A stretch of DNA of 64,000 nucleotides. It comes from an uncultured Candidatus Competibacteraceae bacterium. Its GTDB lineage: Bacteria; Bacteroidota; Bacteroidia; CAIKAF01. Made by a program: the position numbers and the translations under genes. The notes under the pieces were generated by a model. The model did no database searches, had not been told where the DNA came from, and was given only the letters and a program-made list of their open reading frames with translations. This document shows, piece after piece, positions 29,350-39,376 of the stretch (positions within the stretch are counted from its first letter, which is position 1; every line of letters begins with the position of its first letter). The stretch lies in NCBI GenBank assembly GCA_964545365.1, contig CAZJFM010000003.1, positions 427 through 64,426 of the forward strand. Direction: 5' to 3'.

Positions 29350-29759
29350 GCTTGAGGAGCAGAAATAAAGTCCAAACCGAATTCAACATGTCCTCCATGA
29401 CGGACCTGGTGTTTCTGTTGCTTATTTTCTTTATGATTCTGTCCACCCTAATCACCAACAACAATGTAATGGACATTACCCTGCCCCAAAGCGCCTCCAA
29501 TACCCGTCCTCAGGATAATTTTTCGGTGATTTCCCTGTCCGAGGATTTGGTATATGCGTTGGATGGAGAATCCCTTCCAAAAGAGCAGCTTCTCCCGGCA
29601 CTTCAAGCCAAACTTGGCGCACCCGGCCCTGAGGTGAAAGTACAATTGGCCGTAGACGAAAACGTAGCACATAAATACTTTGTGGAACTTGCCGATATTG
29701 TTTGGGTGCAAGGGCAATACCGAATCACCCTTATGACTGCCCCCAAAAACCAACGATGA
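29346..29759 (+). CDS. exbD: ExbD/TolR biopolymer transport protein
   Basis: N-terminal EFNMSSMTDLVFLLLIFFMI, the canonical ExbD/TolR single-TM segment. 137 aa. ATGA overlap with exbB. Confidence 0.88.
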   Translation: MSLRSRNKVQTEFNMSSMTDLVFLLLIFFMILSTLITNNNVMDITLPQSASNTRPQDNFSVISLSEDLVYALDGESLPKEQLLPALQAKLGAPGPEVKVQLAVDENVAHKYFVELADIVWVQGQYRITLMTAPKNQR

Positions 29760-29789
29760 ACTTTTTAAGTTCTGTAACGTAAACAAGGT

Positions 29790-30551
29790 ATGAGCCAGTC
29801 TTCCGAATATAAACTTCAGGGCTACGCGGCAGCCGCTTTGTACCTAGTCTTGCTGCTGCTTTTGTTGCTGTTCTTATCCCTCAAAGCCGAACGGATGGAA
29901 CCCGACCAGGGCAGTATGGAAATGGCCTTAGGCTTTGACCAAACGGGTGGGGGAGAAGAGATTCCCATCAGCAATCCGCCTCCTTCCGGTGGGGGAGACC
30001 CTAGTCCTCAACCCGCCCTTGCCTCTGAGGCAGCATCCGACGTTTCTGCGCCCAAAGAACAAAGCAACACAGCTCCTTCCAATCAATCCGGTCCAAATAA
30101 CCCCCAAAACAATGCCAACACCGAGGCAAGCAACGAGTGGAACGACATGTGGAACAACAGTTCCAATACCAGTTCGGGCCCAAATACCGGCCCCGGAAAG
30201 CAAGGTAGGCCGGATGGAAGACCCGGCGGAGCAGAAGGCGGTGGCGGCACAGGTAAAGGGTACCCGGGCACCGGCACATCCCTTGGAAACGGAGATGCAT
30301 ACTCTTTACCTAAACCCCAAGTGCGCAGCAACGAAGACGGTAAAGTAGTTATTCAGGCCTGTGTAGATGCTCAAGGCAAGGTGAGCCGTATTTTGGATCC
30401 CAATTACAAAGGAAGCACCGCCATCGACCAAACCCTTAGGGATGCCGCACTCCAATCGGCAAAAAAGGCTACTTTTCCTTCAGACCCTCAGGCTCCCGAT
30501 TGCCGAACCGCCATCATTACCTACACCTTTCGTAAGGGCTATGGGCCCTGA
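29790..30551 (+). CDS. energy transducer TonB-like protein (TM anchor, Pro/Gly-rich linker, C-terminal TonB domain)
   Basis: N-terminal hydrophobic anchor. A long low-complexity P/G/N/S linker. A C-terminal ~80-aa domain (VVIQACVDAQGKVSRI...AIITYTF) consistent with TonB_C. Sits downstream of exbBD. Confidence 0.65.
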   Translation: MSQSSEYKLQGYAAAALYLVLLLLLLLFLSLKAERMEPDQGSMEMALGFDQTGGGEEIPISNPPPSGGGDPSPQPALASEAASDVSAPKEQSNTAPSNQSGPNNPQNNANTEASNEWNDMWNNSSNTSSGPNTGPGKQGRPDGRPGGAEGGGGTGKGYPGTGTSLGNGDAYSLPKPQVRSNEDGKVVIQACVDAQGKVSRILDPNYKGSTAIDQTLRDAALQSAKKATFPSDPQAPDCRTAIITYTFRKGYGP

Positions 30552-30589
30552 AGACCGTTGCTTTTCGCTATCTTTGCGAAAACAATTGT

Positions 30590-31030
30590 ATGTGGGTAGG
30601 TATTCAACATTTGCATGGAAGCTTTAGGTACGTTGTACTTTTATTGTTGGTGGCTGCTTTGGTTTTGGCTTTTCGAGGCCTGAGTGGCAAAAAAGCCTTT
30701 ACCGAAGGGCAACGCAAAGTTACTCTTTGGGCCTTAATGGCTACCCACATTCAGCTGGTCTTGGGCTTGGTATTGTATTTGGGCCAATGGGGAATGTACA
30801 GCTTAATGCTTAAAGACATGAGCAACCCGGAGGCAAGATTCAAAGCCTTGGAGCATCCGGTGGGTATGATTCTTGGCATTGTATGCATTACCCTGGGTTA
30901 TTCATTATCCAAGCGCGCCGGCACCGATAAAGGCAAGCATTTGCGGGTAGCCATTTGGATGGGCCTAGGATTGCTTATCGTATTTGCTCAAATCCCCTGG
31001 CCTTTTATGAAATCTTTCGGCACATGGTAA
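30590..31030 (+). CDS. hypothetical integral membrane protein (4 TM)
   Basis: 146 aa with four hydrophobic helices. Upstream of, and slightly overlapping, a c-type cytochrome gene. Confidence 0.5.
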   Translation: MWVGIQHLHGSFRYVVLLLLVAALVLAFRGLSGKKAFTEGQRKVTLWALMATHIQLVLGLVLYLGQWGMYSLMLKDMSNPEARFKALEHPVGMILGIVCITLGYSLSKRAGTDKGKHLRVAIWMGLGLLIVFAQIPWPFMKSFGTW

Positions 31031-31335
31031 TAAAGGCCTTGGCCTTACCCTTGTTGTGCTTGGTCTTGGCCTGCGGCAGTTCTTCTGCAAGGTCGGAAAA
31101 GGAGCAGGCCGGACAAAAGGCATTTGAAACATACTGCGTGTCTTGCCACGGGGCCGATGGAAAAAAAGCCTTGGCAGGAGCTTCCGATTTATCCCTAAGC
31201 ACACTTAGCAGGCAAGAGGCCGACGATATTTTGCGCCATGGTCAGGGAAATATGCCTGCTTTTGGCGGTTTTTTGGACGATAGTACCTTAGCAGAGCTAG
31301 TGAACTACTTGCAAGAGTTAAAAACACATGATTGA
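31024..31335 (+). CDS. class I c-type cytochrome (lipoprotein signal)
   Basis: Heme-binding CVSCH (CxxCH) followed by a distal Met region (GNMPAF). Signal with LVLACGSS. Start placed at the in-frame ATG 31024 rather than the ORF's 30955. Confidence 0.8.
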   Translation: MVIKALALPLLCLVLACGSSSARSEKEQAGQKAFETYCVSCHGADGKKALAGASDLSLSTLSRQEADDILRHGQGNMPAFGGFLDDSTLAELVNYLQELKTHD

Positions 31336-32539
31336 AACCCAGGCACGAATCAAACAACACGAAAGGGCTGTTTTAGTGGGCTTGGTGCATAGGCAACAAA
31401 GCGAAGAACAGCTCGACGAATACATGGCCGAATTAAGCTTTTTGGTAGAAACGGCCGGTGCACAAACCCTCAAACGCTTTCGTCAAAAACTCGACAAACC
31501 TCACCCGGCCACCTTTATTGGTCCGGGAAAACTGGAGGAAGTAAAAGCTTATGTAGAAGCTAAGGAAGCCGATATGGTAGTGTTTGACGATGAACTGAGC
31601 CCCTCTCAGCTTAAGAACATCGAAAAATTCTTTAACCCCAAAGAGTTCGATAAAAATGTAAAGGTGCTTGACCGCACCAACCTTATTCTGGACATTTTTG
31701 CGCAAAGAGCCCGAACTTCGCATGCCCGTACTCAAGTAGAATTGGCCCAATACCAATATTTGCTGCCTAGATTGACCCGCATGTGGACGCACTTGGAACG
31801 CCAAAAAGGAGGTATTGGTTTAAGAGGACCCGGGGAAACCGAAATAGAAACCGACCGCCGAATCATACGCGATAAAATTTCGCTGCTAAAGAAAAAGCTG
31901 GAGCAAATAGACAAGCAAATGGCTACCCAGCGCAAAAATAGAGGAGAACTCATTCGGGTAGCTTTGGTGGGCTACACCAATGTGGGAAAAAGTACCCTTA
32001 TGAACTTGCTGGCTAAGTCCGAAGTCTTTGCCGAAAATAAACTGTTTGCCACCTTAGATACTACGGTCCGTAAAGTGGTTATCGATAACCTGCCCTTTTT
32101 GCTTTCGGACACCGTTGGTTTTATTCGAAAACTTCCAACTCAATTGGTGGAGTCTTTCAAATCTACCCTCGACGAATTGAGAGAGTCCGATTTGCTGGTG
32201 CATGTGGTCGATGTATCCCACCCCAATTTTGAAGCCCACATTCAGGTGGTGAACCGAACCTTAAACGAAGTTGGAGCCGGAGAAAAGCCCGTACTTATGA
32301 TTTTTAACAAAATCGATGCTTTTCAAGTGGAGGAACACGACCCCTTTGATTTAGAAGCCGGACCTCCACCTCCGGATTTAGAGACGCTTAAGCGCTCTTG
32401 GATGGCCAAGGAACAAGGAAGTTGCTTGTTTATTTCGGCTACCGAAAAACTGCATTTAGACGAACTGCGCAGCCGGCTTTACGAAACCGTTGCTGATTTG
32501 CACAAACGCAGGTACCCCTACAATAACTTTTTGTACTGA
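31328..32539 (+). CDS. hflX: GTPase HflX
   Basis: HflX N-terminal domain. G1 box GYTNVGKST, G3 DTVGF, G4 NKID. 403 aa. Confidence 0.92.
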   Translation: MIETQARIKQHERAVLVGLVHRQQSEEQLDEYMAELSFLVETAGAQTLKRFRQKLDKPHPATFIGPGKLEEVKAYVEAKEADMVVFDDELSPSQLKNIEKFFNPKEFDKNVKVLDRTNLILDIFAQRARTSHARTQVELAQYQYLLPRLTRMWTHLERQKGGIGLRGPGETEIETDRRIIRDKISLLKKKLEQIDKQMATQRKNRGELIRVALVGYTNVGKSTLMNLLAKSEVFAENKLFATLDTTVRKVVIDNLPFLLSDTVGFIRKLPTQLVESFKSTLDELRESDLLVHVVDVSHPNFEAHIQVVNRTLNEVGAGEKPVLMIFNKIDAFQVEEHDPFDLEAGPPPPDLETLKRSWMAKEQGSCLFISATEKLHLDELRSRLYETVADLHKRRYPYNNFLY

Positions 32540-33723
32540 TGCTACGACCTGCTCATTTATTTGCCATTCATGAAGTAATGGTACGCGTGTTTGACGAAGG
32601 AAGACAAGCCGACCGAGCGGTGGAACGCGTGCTCAAAAGCAATAAGAATTACGGAAGTAAAGACCGCGCTGCCATAGCTTTTCACAGCTATGAATTGGTC
32701 CGTTGGTGGAGATGGGTCAATTATTTGGCCATGCTCAAGGACAATGCCGGCACTTTGTATGAAACCGGCAAGCGCATTACCGCCTATGCCCATTGGAAAG
32801 AAATGGACCCGCCTACGCTCAAAGAGTGCAAACAGCCCGGATTGGAACAAGTGCTCCAACGGGTCGGAAAATCAGGGGTTTCTCCTGCCGTGTGGCATTC
32901 CATTCCCGATTGGATTCAATCCTTGGGCGAAAAAGCTTATGGAGCGGATTGGGACGGACTAATGGAAGCCTTAAATCAACCGGCGCCCCTGCACCTTAGA
33001 GTGAATCGCTTAAAAATGCCTCAAGGGTTTCCCGAGGAGTTCGAAGAAATGGAACTTTTTGGGCCGGATGCCCCGGATGCGTTTATGTTGCCTGCCGGTA
33101 CCCCGCTTTTTAAACATCCGCTTTACCAAGAAGGCGTAATAGAAGTGCAAGATGCAGGTTCGCAATCCATTGCCCCATTTTTGCAAGCCGAACCCGGCAT
33201 GCGCGTAATCGATGCCTGTGCCGGTGCCGGAGGAAAAACCTTGCATTTGGCAGCTTTAATGGAGAATAAAGGGAGAATAATTTCCATGGATATTTTCCCG
33301 AAAAAGCTGGAGGAGCTTAAACGGCGGTCTAGGAGAGCCGGGGTGAGTAATGTAGAGCCCAGGCTTATTGAATCCGGCAAGACCATCAAAAAATTAAAAC
33401 AAAGCGCCGATCGCTTATTGCTCGACGTGCCTTGCACCGGTATGGGCGTTTGGCGGCGCAACCCCGATGGGCGATGGAAACTTCGGCCCGACTTTAAAGA
33501 CCAAGTGCAGGCAAAGCAAGCCGAGATTTTGCAGCACTACGCCAACATGTGCAAAGTAGGCGGTAAAATGGTTTATGCTACTTGTTCCATCTGGCCGGAG
33601 GAAAACGAACAGCAAGTCGAACGGTTTTTGGCCGCTAATCCTCAATGGAAATTGGAGGACCAAAAGACCTTATTGCCCGGCAAAACCGATGGGTTTTACA
33701 TGGCAAGATTGGTGCGTCAGTAA
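32539..33723 (+). CDS. rsmB: 16S rRNA (cytosine-C5)-methyltransferase, NOL1/NOP2/Sun family (RsmB-like)
   Basis: SAM-binding DACAGAGGKT, catalytic DVPCTGMGVWRRNPD, and ATCSIWPEENE. ATG overlaps the hflX stop (TGATG). Confidence 0.85.
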   Translation: MLRPAHLFAIHEVMVRVFDEGRQADRAVERVLKSNKNYGSKDRAAIAFHSYELVRWWRWVNYLAMLKDNAGTLYETGKRITAYAHWKEMDPPTLKECKQPGLEQVLQRVGKSGVSPAVWHSIPDWIQSLGEKAYGADWDGLMEALNQPAPLHLRVNRLKMPQGFPEEFEEMELFGPDAPDAFMLPAGTPLFKHPLYQEGVIEVQDAGSQSIAPFLQAEPGMRVIDACAGAGGKTLHLAALMENKGRIISMDIFPKKLEELKRRSRRAGVSNVEPRLIESGKTIKKLKQSADRLLLDVPCTGMGVWRRNPDGRWKLRPDFKDQVQAKQAEILQHYANMCKVGGKMVYATCSIWPEENEQQVERFLAANPQWKLEDQKTLLPGKTDGFYMARLVRQ

Positions 33724-34694
33724 TTGCGGTCAACCAAAAAGTCGGCAAAGGCTTTAAAAAAATCGTTTCCTTCCTTAGAAAGCCTTGCTTCGTCTAAAGC
33801 TTCCATTGCTTTTTCTTTCCAACGGCCGGCCAATTCCAGGGCTTTTTGGTCAAGCGCATGTTTTCGGAATAGGGCTAAAGTTGCCTGTACCCGTTCCTGA
33901 TCCGGAAGCCCGTCTAATGCCTGCATGGCCTCTTGGTCATGTTCCATGGCTTGAATCCACAACCAGGTTTTTTTACGGGCCAAAATATCGCCGCCGGTTT
34001 GCTTTCCAACCTCTTGAATGGCGCCAAAAGCATCGAGCCAATCGTCTTTAATTTGAAAAGCAATGCCTAAATCGACGCCAAAGCGATACAGTGCTTGTGC
34101 CGTTTGGGAGGCGGCGCCTCCCGAAAGCGCACCGGCTTCTAGCGAAAAGCCAAGCAGTACAGCTGTTTTAAGGCGAATCATGTGTTCGTATTCCGGGGTG
34201 CTTACGGACGTTCTTTGCTCAAAATCCATGTCGAGTTGCTGACCTTCGCACACTTCGGCTGCGGTGGTATTGAAGCGGTGAAGCAGCATGGGAATGGCGT
34301 GGTTTGGTGCTTTCTCCAAGGCCTGCCATGCTTGCACCAGCATGCGATCGCCGCTAAGAATGCCTGAGGCCAAGCCGAATTTAATGTGTAAGGTTTCTTG
34401 TCCTCGCCTAAGAGGTGCTTCATCCATGATATCGTCGTGCACCAAGGAAAAATTGTGGAACAGTTCAATGGCTAAGGCTGCAGGAACGGCTTCTTTGGCT
34501 TTTTGGCTGCAAAAATGCCCGGAGGCCATGCATAGCAAAGGCCTTAAGCGTTTTCCGCCCAAATGCATAAAATACTGAATAGGACCATAAAGCCGGGCAG
34601 GCTCTTTAGATTGGTTCAAAAATTGTTCTAATGCTTGATTGAATTGCTTTTGCCAGTCGGCCAAAAGGGCTTGATGTTGGGACGAAGAAAACAT
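33717..34694 (-). CDS. polyprenyl diphosphate synthase (trans-isoprenyl diphosphate synthase family)
   Basis: First DDxxD motif LVHDDIMD and second aspartate-rich motif KDDWLD. 325 aa. Confidence 0.88.
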   Translation of the reverse strand: MFSSSQHQALLADWQKQFNQALEQFLNQSKEPARLYGPIQYFMHLGGKRLRPLLCMASGHFCSQKAKEAVPAALAIELFHNFSLVHDDIMDEAPLRRGQETLHIKFGLASGILSGDRMLVQAWQALEKAPNHAIPMLLHRFNTTAAEVCEGQQLDMDFEQRTSVSTPEYEHMIRLKTAVLLGFSLEAGALSGGAASQTAQALYRFGVDLGIAFQIKDDWLDAFGAIQEVGKQTGGDILARKKTWLWIQAMEHDQEAMQALDGLPDQERVQATLALFRKHALDQKALELAGRWKEKAMEALDEARLSKEGNDFFKAFADFLVDRNY

Positions 34695-34699
34695 GCGTA

Positions 34700-34930
34700 A
34701 AGATAGTCAGCCGGGCGGAAGAGTGAGGAACCTGCACCTGCTTAACGAATCCTTTTTTGGAAGAGGATGGGCCAGGGACAGCAGCGGTAGCCCGCACAAG
34801 GCAAGCTTAGGGAGCCTTAGCCGGCGGAGGCGACCACAGGAAGCCCACGCAGGGCTTAGGCTCCCTTGGCTTGCCTTGGAGGACTATAGCGAATGGCCCG
34901 TAAGGCCCCCAAATCAAACCAATGGGTAAT
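34700..34930. repeat. intergenic GC-rich palindromic repeat (related to 18770-18900)
   Basis: Shares cttag..gccttagccggcggaggcg...aagcccacgca...cttggaggact with 18770-18900, and has internal inverted symmetry (gcttagggagccttagccgg / gggcttaggctcccttggc). Confidence 0.7.
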
Positions 34931-35038
34931 ATAACTCATGTAAGATTTTGCCTCATTTAATAAAAAAGTAACCCAAGGTTTGTGGTGCGGGCACTTCTTT
35001 CCTTACCTTTGATGCCTGTAGAATCAAGCAAAACTACT

Positions 35039-36070
35039 ATGCGTAAACTGTTTACAATGTGTTCGATGGCTGTTTTAAGTGCGGGTTTGACCGCTCAAAA
35101 CTGCGCCGATGTATTTATTTCTGAATACGTGGAAGGTTCGGGCAACAACAAGGCTCTGGAGTTGTATAATCCAACCAACGATGCCATTGACCTTGGGAGT
35201 TACCGTTTTATTCGTTTCGACAATGGGTCCGATTTCGGCAGTGAGCTGGTAACACCGGACAAGGTGCTGAGTTTCCCCGCAGGATTTACCGTGGCGGCTA
35301 AAGACGTAGTGGTGTTTGCTTTGAACTTGACAAACCCCGCCGGTACCGGTCAAGACCAACCCATTGATCCTGCGTTGCAGGCCAAAACCGACACCTTGTT
35401 TTGTGCCGGTTGTAATCCGCAAACGGCAGATTGCCGGGCCATGTGCTTCAATGGAGACGATGCCCTGTGTTTGCAAAAAACCACCGATGGGGGCACCACT
35501 TGGCAAAATGTAGACATTTTCGCTTCGGTAGGCGAACGTCCTTCCAACAATCAGGGGTCATTTAGTCCCACCGCCGGTTGGACGTCCATTGCTCCCTACA
35601 GCTCCATGCCCGTGAATTACGATTCTAATGTAGATGGCCCCTATTTTTTACAATACTGGACACAAAACCAAACCTTGGTGCGCAAGCCATCGGTTACCCA
35701 AGGGGTTACCGTGAATCCGGTACCTCAAACCTTTAACCCTTCGGTTGAATGGGATTCCATTCCTGAAGACACCTTCGATAGCTTGGGTACACATACCTGC
35801 GATTGCAACACACTCAGTTTGGAAGATGCCCCTGAGGCTTATACTCAAATGGCTCCAAACCCGGCTAAGGATATGGTAAATCTGCGTTCGGAAATGCCTT
35901 TGGTAGGTTTACGTTTGCGCAGCCTGAATGGGGCGTTGATTCGTGCATTGAGCCTCAATCAGGTAACAGAGCTAAGCTTTTCTGTGGCCGATTTGGCAAG
36001 TGGTGCGTATGTGTTGGAATTGGAATGGGCCAATGGTAAAATGGCAGCCAAAAAACTGCTGCGCCAGTAA
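35039..36070 (+). CDS. secreted lamin-tail-domain (LTD) protein with T9SS C-terminal sorting domain
   Basis: Signal peptide MRKLFTMCSMAVLSAGLTAQ. LTD-like N-terminal motif VFISEYVEGSGNNKALELYNPTNDAIDLGSYRF. C-terminal ~80 aa with the T9SS CTD pattern (LRSEMPLVGLRLRSLNGALI...GAYVLELEWANGKMAAKKLL). The six-frame ORF starts spuriously at 34982. Confidence 0.65.
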   Translation: MRKLFTMCSMAVLSAGLTAQNCADVFISEYVEGSGNNKALELYNPTNDAIDLGSYRFIRFDNGSDFGSELVTPDKVLSFPAGFTVAAKDVVVFALNLTNPAGTGQDQPIDPALQAKTDTLFCAGCNPQTADCRAMCFNGDDALCLQKTTDGGTTWQNVDIFASVGERPSNNQGSFSPTAGWTSIAPYSSMPVNYDSNVDGPYFLQYWTQNQTLVRKPSVTQGVTVNPVPQTFNPSVEWDSIPEDTFDSLGTHTCDCNTLSLEDAPEAYTQMAPNPAKDMVNLRSEMPLVGLRLRSLNGALIRALSLNQVTELSFSVADLASGAYVLELEWANGKMAAKKLLRQ

Positions 36071-36082
36071 GTATCTAAGTAC

Positions 36083-38914
36083 ATGAATCCGTATTTTAGT
36101 TGTCAAAGCTTGCGGTGGTTTTTCACCGCAAGCTTTTGTTTCTTGGGCTCCATACTTTTGGCCCAAACCGGAAGAATCTCAGGCCAGGTGCTGGATGCCG
36201 AGACCCGCGAAAGCTTGATTGGTGCTGCCGTAGTTTATGGCGAAGGAAAAGGCGTTGCTGCCGACTTGGACGGCCGTTTTTCTTTGCCTTTGCCCTACGG
36301 GAGCTACACCCTCTCCATTACTTTTATTGGCTACGAACCGGTGAGTCGAACGGTGGAGTTGAATCAACCCGAATTGACCCTGGAGGTGCTTATGAAGCCT
36401 ACGCAGCTGCAAGAGGTAGAAATCGTTGCCGATTTGGCGCGTCCAAGAGAAACTCCGGTGGCATACTCCAATGTGTCGGCCAAGCAAATTGCTGAAAAAC
36501 TGGGTTCTCAAGATTTACCCATGTTGCTGAATTCCACACCGGGGGTATATGCTACCCAAGTGGGAGGCGGCGACGGAGATGCCCGTGTAAGTATTCGGGG
36601 GTTTAATTCTCAGAATGTACTGGTCATGGTGGACGGCGTGCCCATGAACGACATGTTTAATGGCCGTGTGTTTTGGACCAACTGGTTTGGTTTGGACCAA
36701 ATGACCCGCACTATGCAAGTGCAGCGTGGCTTAGGTGCTTCCAAGCTGGCCATTCCGGCCATTGGCGGTACCATAAACATTATGACTAAGGGCATGGGCA
36801 TGGAGCGCAGCTTTTCGGTAAAGCAAGAAGTGGGCAATGACCTTAACTTTAGAACCGTGCTCACCGGCTCCACCGGTCGACTTAAAGGCAACTGGAACTT
36901 GCAAGGTGCCTTGTCTTTTAGAAGCAATGAGGGCTATGTAGACGGTTTAAGGAGTCAAATGTTTTTTTACTTCGCTAAAATCAACAAAGAGTTGGGCAAC
37001 CATACCTTTTCTTTGAGTGCCTTTGGCGCGCCTCAAGAAAGTGGGCAGCGCAGCTTTTACTACGACCAAAGCATTGAGCAATTGTCCAAAGATCAGGCCT
37101 TAGCTTTAGGAATTGATACCAGTGCAAATGTAGTGGAGCGTGGTAACAGGTATTATTTTGGATGGAACCATTTGGTGCGCACACGCACCGGAAATGCCAT
37201 TCAAGATAGCCTCTATGCCAACAATATTGTAGGCCTTGATGCGCATGCTTCTGCCAATAATTTGGAGCGGGAGTTTATGAATACTACTGAAAATAGATTT
37301 CACAAGCCCGTAATAAGCTTTAATCATAGGTGGCGAGCAGGCCCTAAATTTTACCTAAACAACTTGGCCTATGCCTCTTTTGGACAGGGGGGAGGCACTA
37401 GAGCCATGGTGAACGGAAGCACCGTAAACGTAAATTCGGCAGACAGTGCAGGGCAAATCAATCTGCAACTTATGTACGATCAGAATGCATTTAACCCTGC
37501 TCCCTCTTTTACCGTAGAAAATCAAGGAACGACCTTGCGCCGTTCGGCCTATTTTATTCAACGCGACCACAACGACCATAGCTGGTATGGTTTGCTAAGT
37601 ACCTTTGATTGGAAACTCCCTGCAGGACTTAGCCTAAGCGGTGGAGCCGATGCTCGGTATTACAACGGCAGAGTGTATAGCACCATGGACGACCTATTGG
37701 GAGGCGATGTGTATACCGCTTCCGACGACCTAAACCGAATGGCCAATCGATTGATTTTTGAAGGAGATACCCTAAGGCAGCATATTGAACGCGATATTCT
37801 TTGGGGAGGAACCTTTGCCATGCTTGAGTTTAAAGGCGAAAAAATTTCGGCATTTATAAACCTTAGTGGTGCCATTAACGGCTACAGACAATACAACCAT
37901 TTTTTGGAGCAAACCTTACAAGTAGGAGATACTACCTTGAACATTGGTTTTGGAGACACCCTAAATTACCAAGGCCAAACCTACACCCAAGGAAGCGAAG
38001 GCTTGGAAACCAATGCTACAGCGTGGGTGGTGCGCCCGGGTTACACCGTTAAAGCCGGAATGAACTACAACTTCACCAAACGACAAAACGCCTTTTTTAA
38101 TGTGGGCTACTTTAGCAGGGTACCTTATTTTACGGCCTTGGTGCGCGCCGACAATACTTTGGTTCGGGACTCCCGAAACGAAGAGCTGTTTAGTGTTGAA
38201 ATGGGCTACAGCTACCGTAGTCCTTCCTTTACCATAAACGGCAATGTATATTATACCGAATGGTTCAACAAGCCTACCTCGGCCACGGTAACCATTGACG
38301 GTGAGCCTGTTTTGGTTAACATAGCCAATATGGGAGCCCGCCACATGGGTTTGGAAGTGGATTTTGCTTGGAAGGCCCACAAAATGCTCACCGTAGAGGG
38401 TATGGCCAGCTGGGGAGATTGGCAATGGAACCGGGTGGCACGTGGTGAATTTTTTAATTTAAATGGAGAAGCCGCCGGGGAGATTATTTTTGACCCCACC
38501 GGAGTAAAAGTGGGAGATGCCGCTCAGCACAGCTACGCCCTCAGTTTGCGGATTATGCCCATCAAGCGTTTATACATTATGCCGGAAATAAATCTGTTTA
38601 CCCACAATTATGCAGATTTTAGACCCGAAGACTACCAGGTTACCGATTTAGAAACCGGCTATGGCCCCAACTTAGGCCGCCAAGCCTGGCGCATGCCCGA
38701 TTACTACTTTATTAACCTGCATGCCGGCTACCATTTTTACATTGGTAAAGTGCGCATGGATGCACGAGGAAACATCCTTAATTTGACCGATGGATTCTAC
38801 CTTACCGATGCCAGCAACAATGGCTTGGGCGGTTCAACCTACAATGCCAGCTCTGCTACGGTATATGCGGGTTTGGGTACCCGATGGATGTTCTCTTTAA
38901 TGGCCACTTTTTAA
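36083..38914 (+). CDS. TonB-dependent outer-membrane receptor with N-terminal carboxypeptidase-regulatory-like domain
   Basis: Signal peptide. CarbopepD_reg-like RISGQVLDAETRESLIGAAVVY. Plug region (TonB box-like, VSIRGFNSQNVLVMVDGVPMN). 943 aa. Terminal aromatic ATF. Confidence 0.9.
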   Translation: MNPYFSCQSLRWFFTASFCFLGSILLAQTGRISGQVLDAETRESLIGAAVVYGEGKGVAADLDGRFSLPLPYGSYTLSITFIGYEPVSRTVELNQPELTLEVLMKPTQLQEVEIVADLARPRETPVAYSNVSAKQIAEKLGSQDLPMLLNSTPGVYATQVGGGDGDARVSIRGFNSQNVLVMVDGVPMNDMFNGRVFWTNWFGLDQMTRTMQVQRGLGASKLAIPAIGGTINIMTKGMGMERSFSVKQEVGNDLNFRTVLTGSTGRLKGNWNLQGALSFRSNEGYVDGLRSQMFFYFAKINKELGNHTFSLSAFGAPQESGQRSFYYDQSIEQLSKDQALALGIDTSANVVERGNRYYFGWNHLVRTRTGNAIQDSLYANNIVGLDAHASANNLEREFMNTTENRFHKPVISFNHRWRAGPKFYLNNLAYASFGQGGGTRAMVNGSTVNVNSADSAGQINLQLMYDQNAFNPAPSFTVENQGTTLRRSAYFIQRDHNDHSWYGLLSTFDWKLPAGLSLSGGADARYYNGRVYSTMDDLLGGDVYTASDDLNRMANRLIFEGDTLRQHIERDILWGGTFAMLEFKGEKISAFINLSGAINGYRQYNHFLEQTLQVGDTTLNIGFGDTLNYQGQTYTQGSEGLETNATAWVVRPGYTVKAGMNYNFTKRQNAFFNVGYFSRVPYFTALVRADNTLVRDSRNEELFSVEMGYSYRSPSFTINGNVYYTEWFNKPTSATVTIDGEPVLVNIANMGARHMGLEVDFAWKAHKMLTVEGMASWGDWQWNRVARGEFFNLNGEAAGEIIFDPTGVKVGDAAQHSYALSLRIMPIKRLYIMPEINLFTHNYADFRPEDYQVTDLETGYGPNLGRQAWRMPDYYFINLHAGYHFYIGKVRMDARGNILNLTDGFYLTDASNNGLGGSTYNASSATVYAGLGTRWMFSLMATF

Positions 38915-39376
38915 TTGCCTGCCATGAAATCAATATTCCCCATGCTATTTTTTACGGTTTTACTCTCGGCATGCTACAAGGAGAACCGCCTGGCAAGTGA
39001 CCTGGAAGGGTTTTGGGAAATTACCCAAATCTATCCCCAAGACACCTCCGCCTTTGGACTTGTGGACAGTCTGGAGTATCTGATAGAATTTTTGCCTTGC
39101 GACGATGCCTACACCGCCAACTGCTCCTTTGCTTTGGCCCTAAGGTATGCCCCATTGGATAGCTTTTTGAGGGTCGATACCTTTAAGTATGTATTGAAAG
39201 AAAACGAACTGGATCCGATAAGCTCCGCCCTTCAGCCTGCCCCCGATTTGCTGCAATACAACAACCTTTGGAGATTACGTCGATTTTTTGTCGAAAATCT
39301 TCAAGAAAACGCCTTTACTTTGCGTCGCTACGACGATGCTACAATTTATATGACCTTAGAAAAACTGACCGAATGA
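38915..39376 (+). CDS. hypothetical lipoprotein downstream of the TonB-dependent receptor
   Basis: Signal peptide plus lipobox LLSACYK. Starts 1 nt after the receptor's stop, and its stop overlaps the next gene's ATG (ATGA). Confidence 0.55.
   Translation: MPAMKSIFPMLFFTVLLSACYKENRLASDLEGFWEITQIYPQDTSAFGLVDSLEYLIEFLPCDDAYTANCSFALALRYAPLDSFLRVDTFKYVLKENELDPISSALQPAPDLLQYNNLWRLRRFFVENLQENAFTLRRYDDATIYMTLEKLTE

Noticed and set aside
35075-38499. Multiple minus-strand ORFs (e.g. 35075..35506, 37961..38425) inside the LTD and TonB-receptor genes
   Set aside because: They are antisense to long genes with clear domain architecture and have no motifs.
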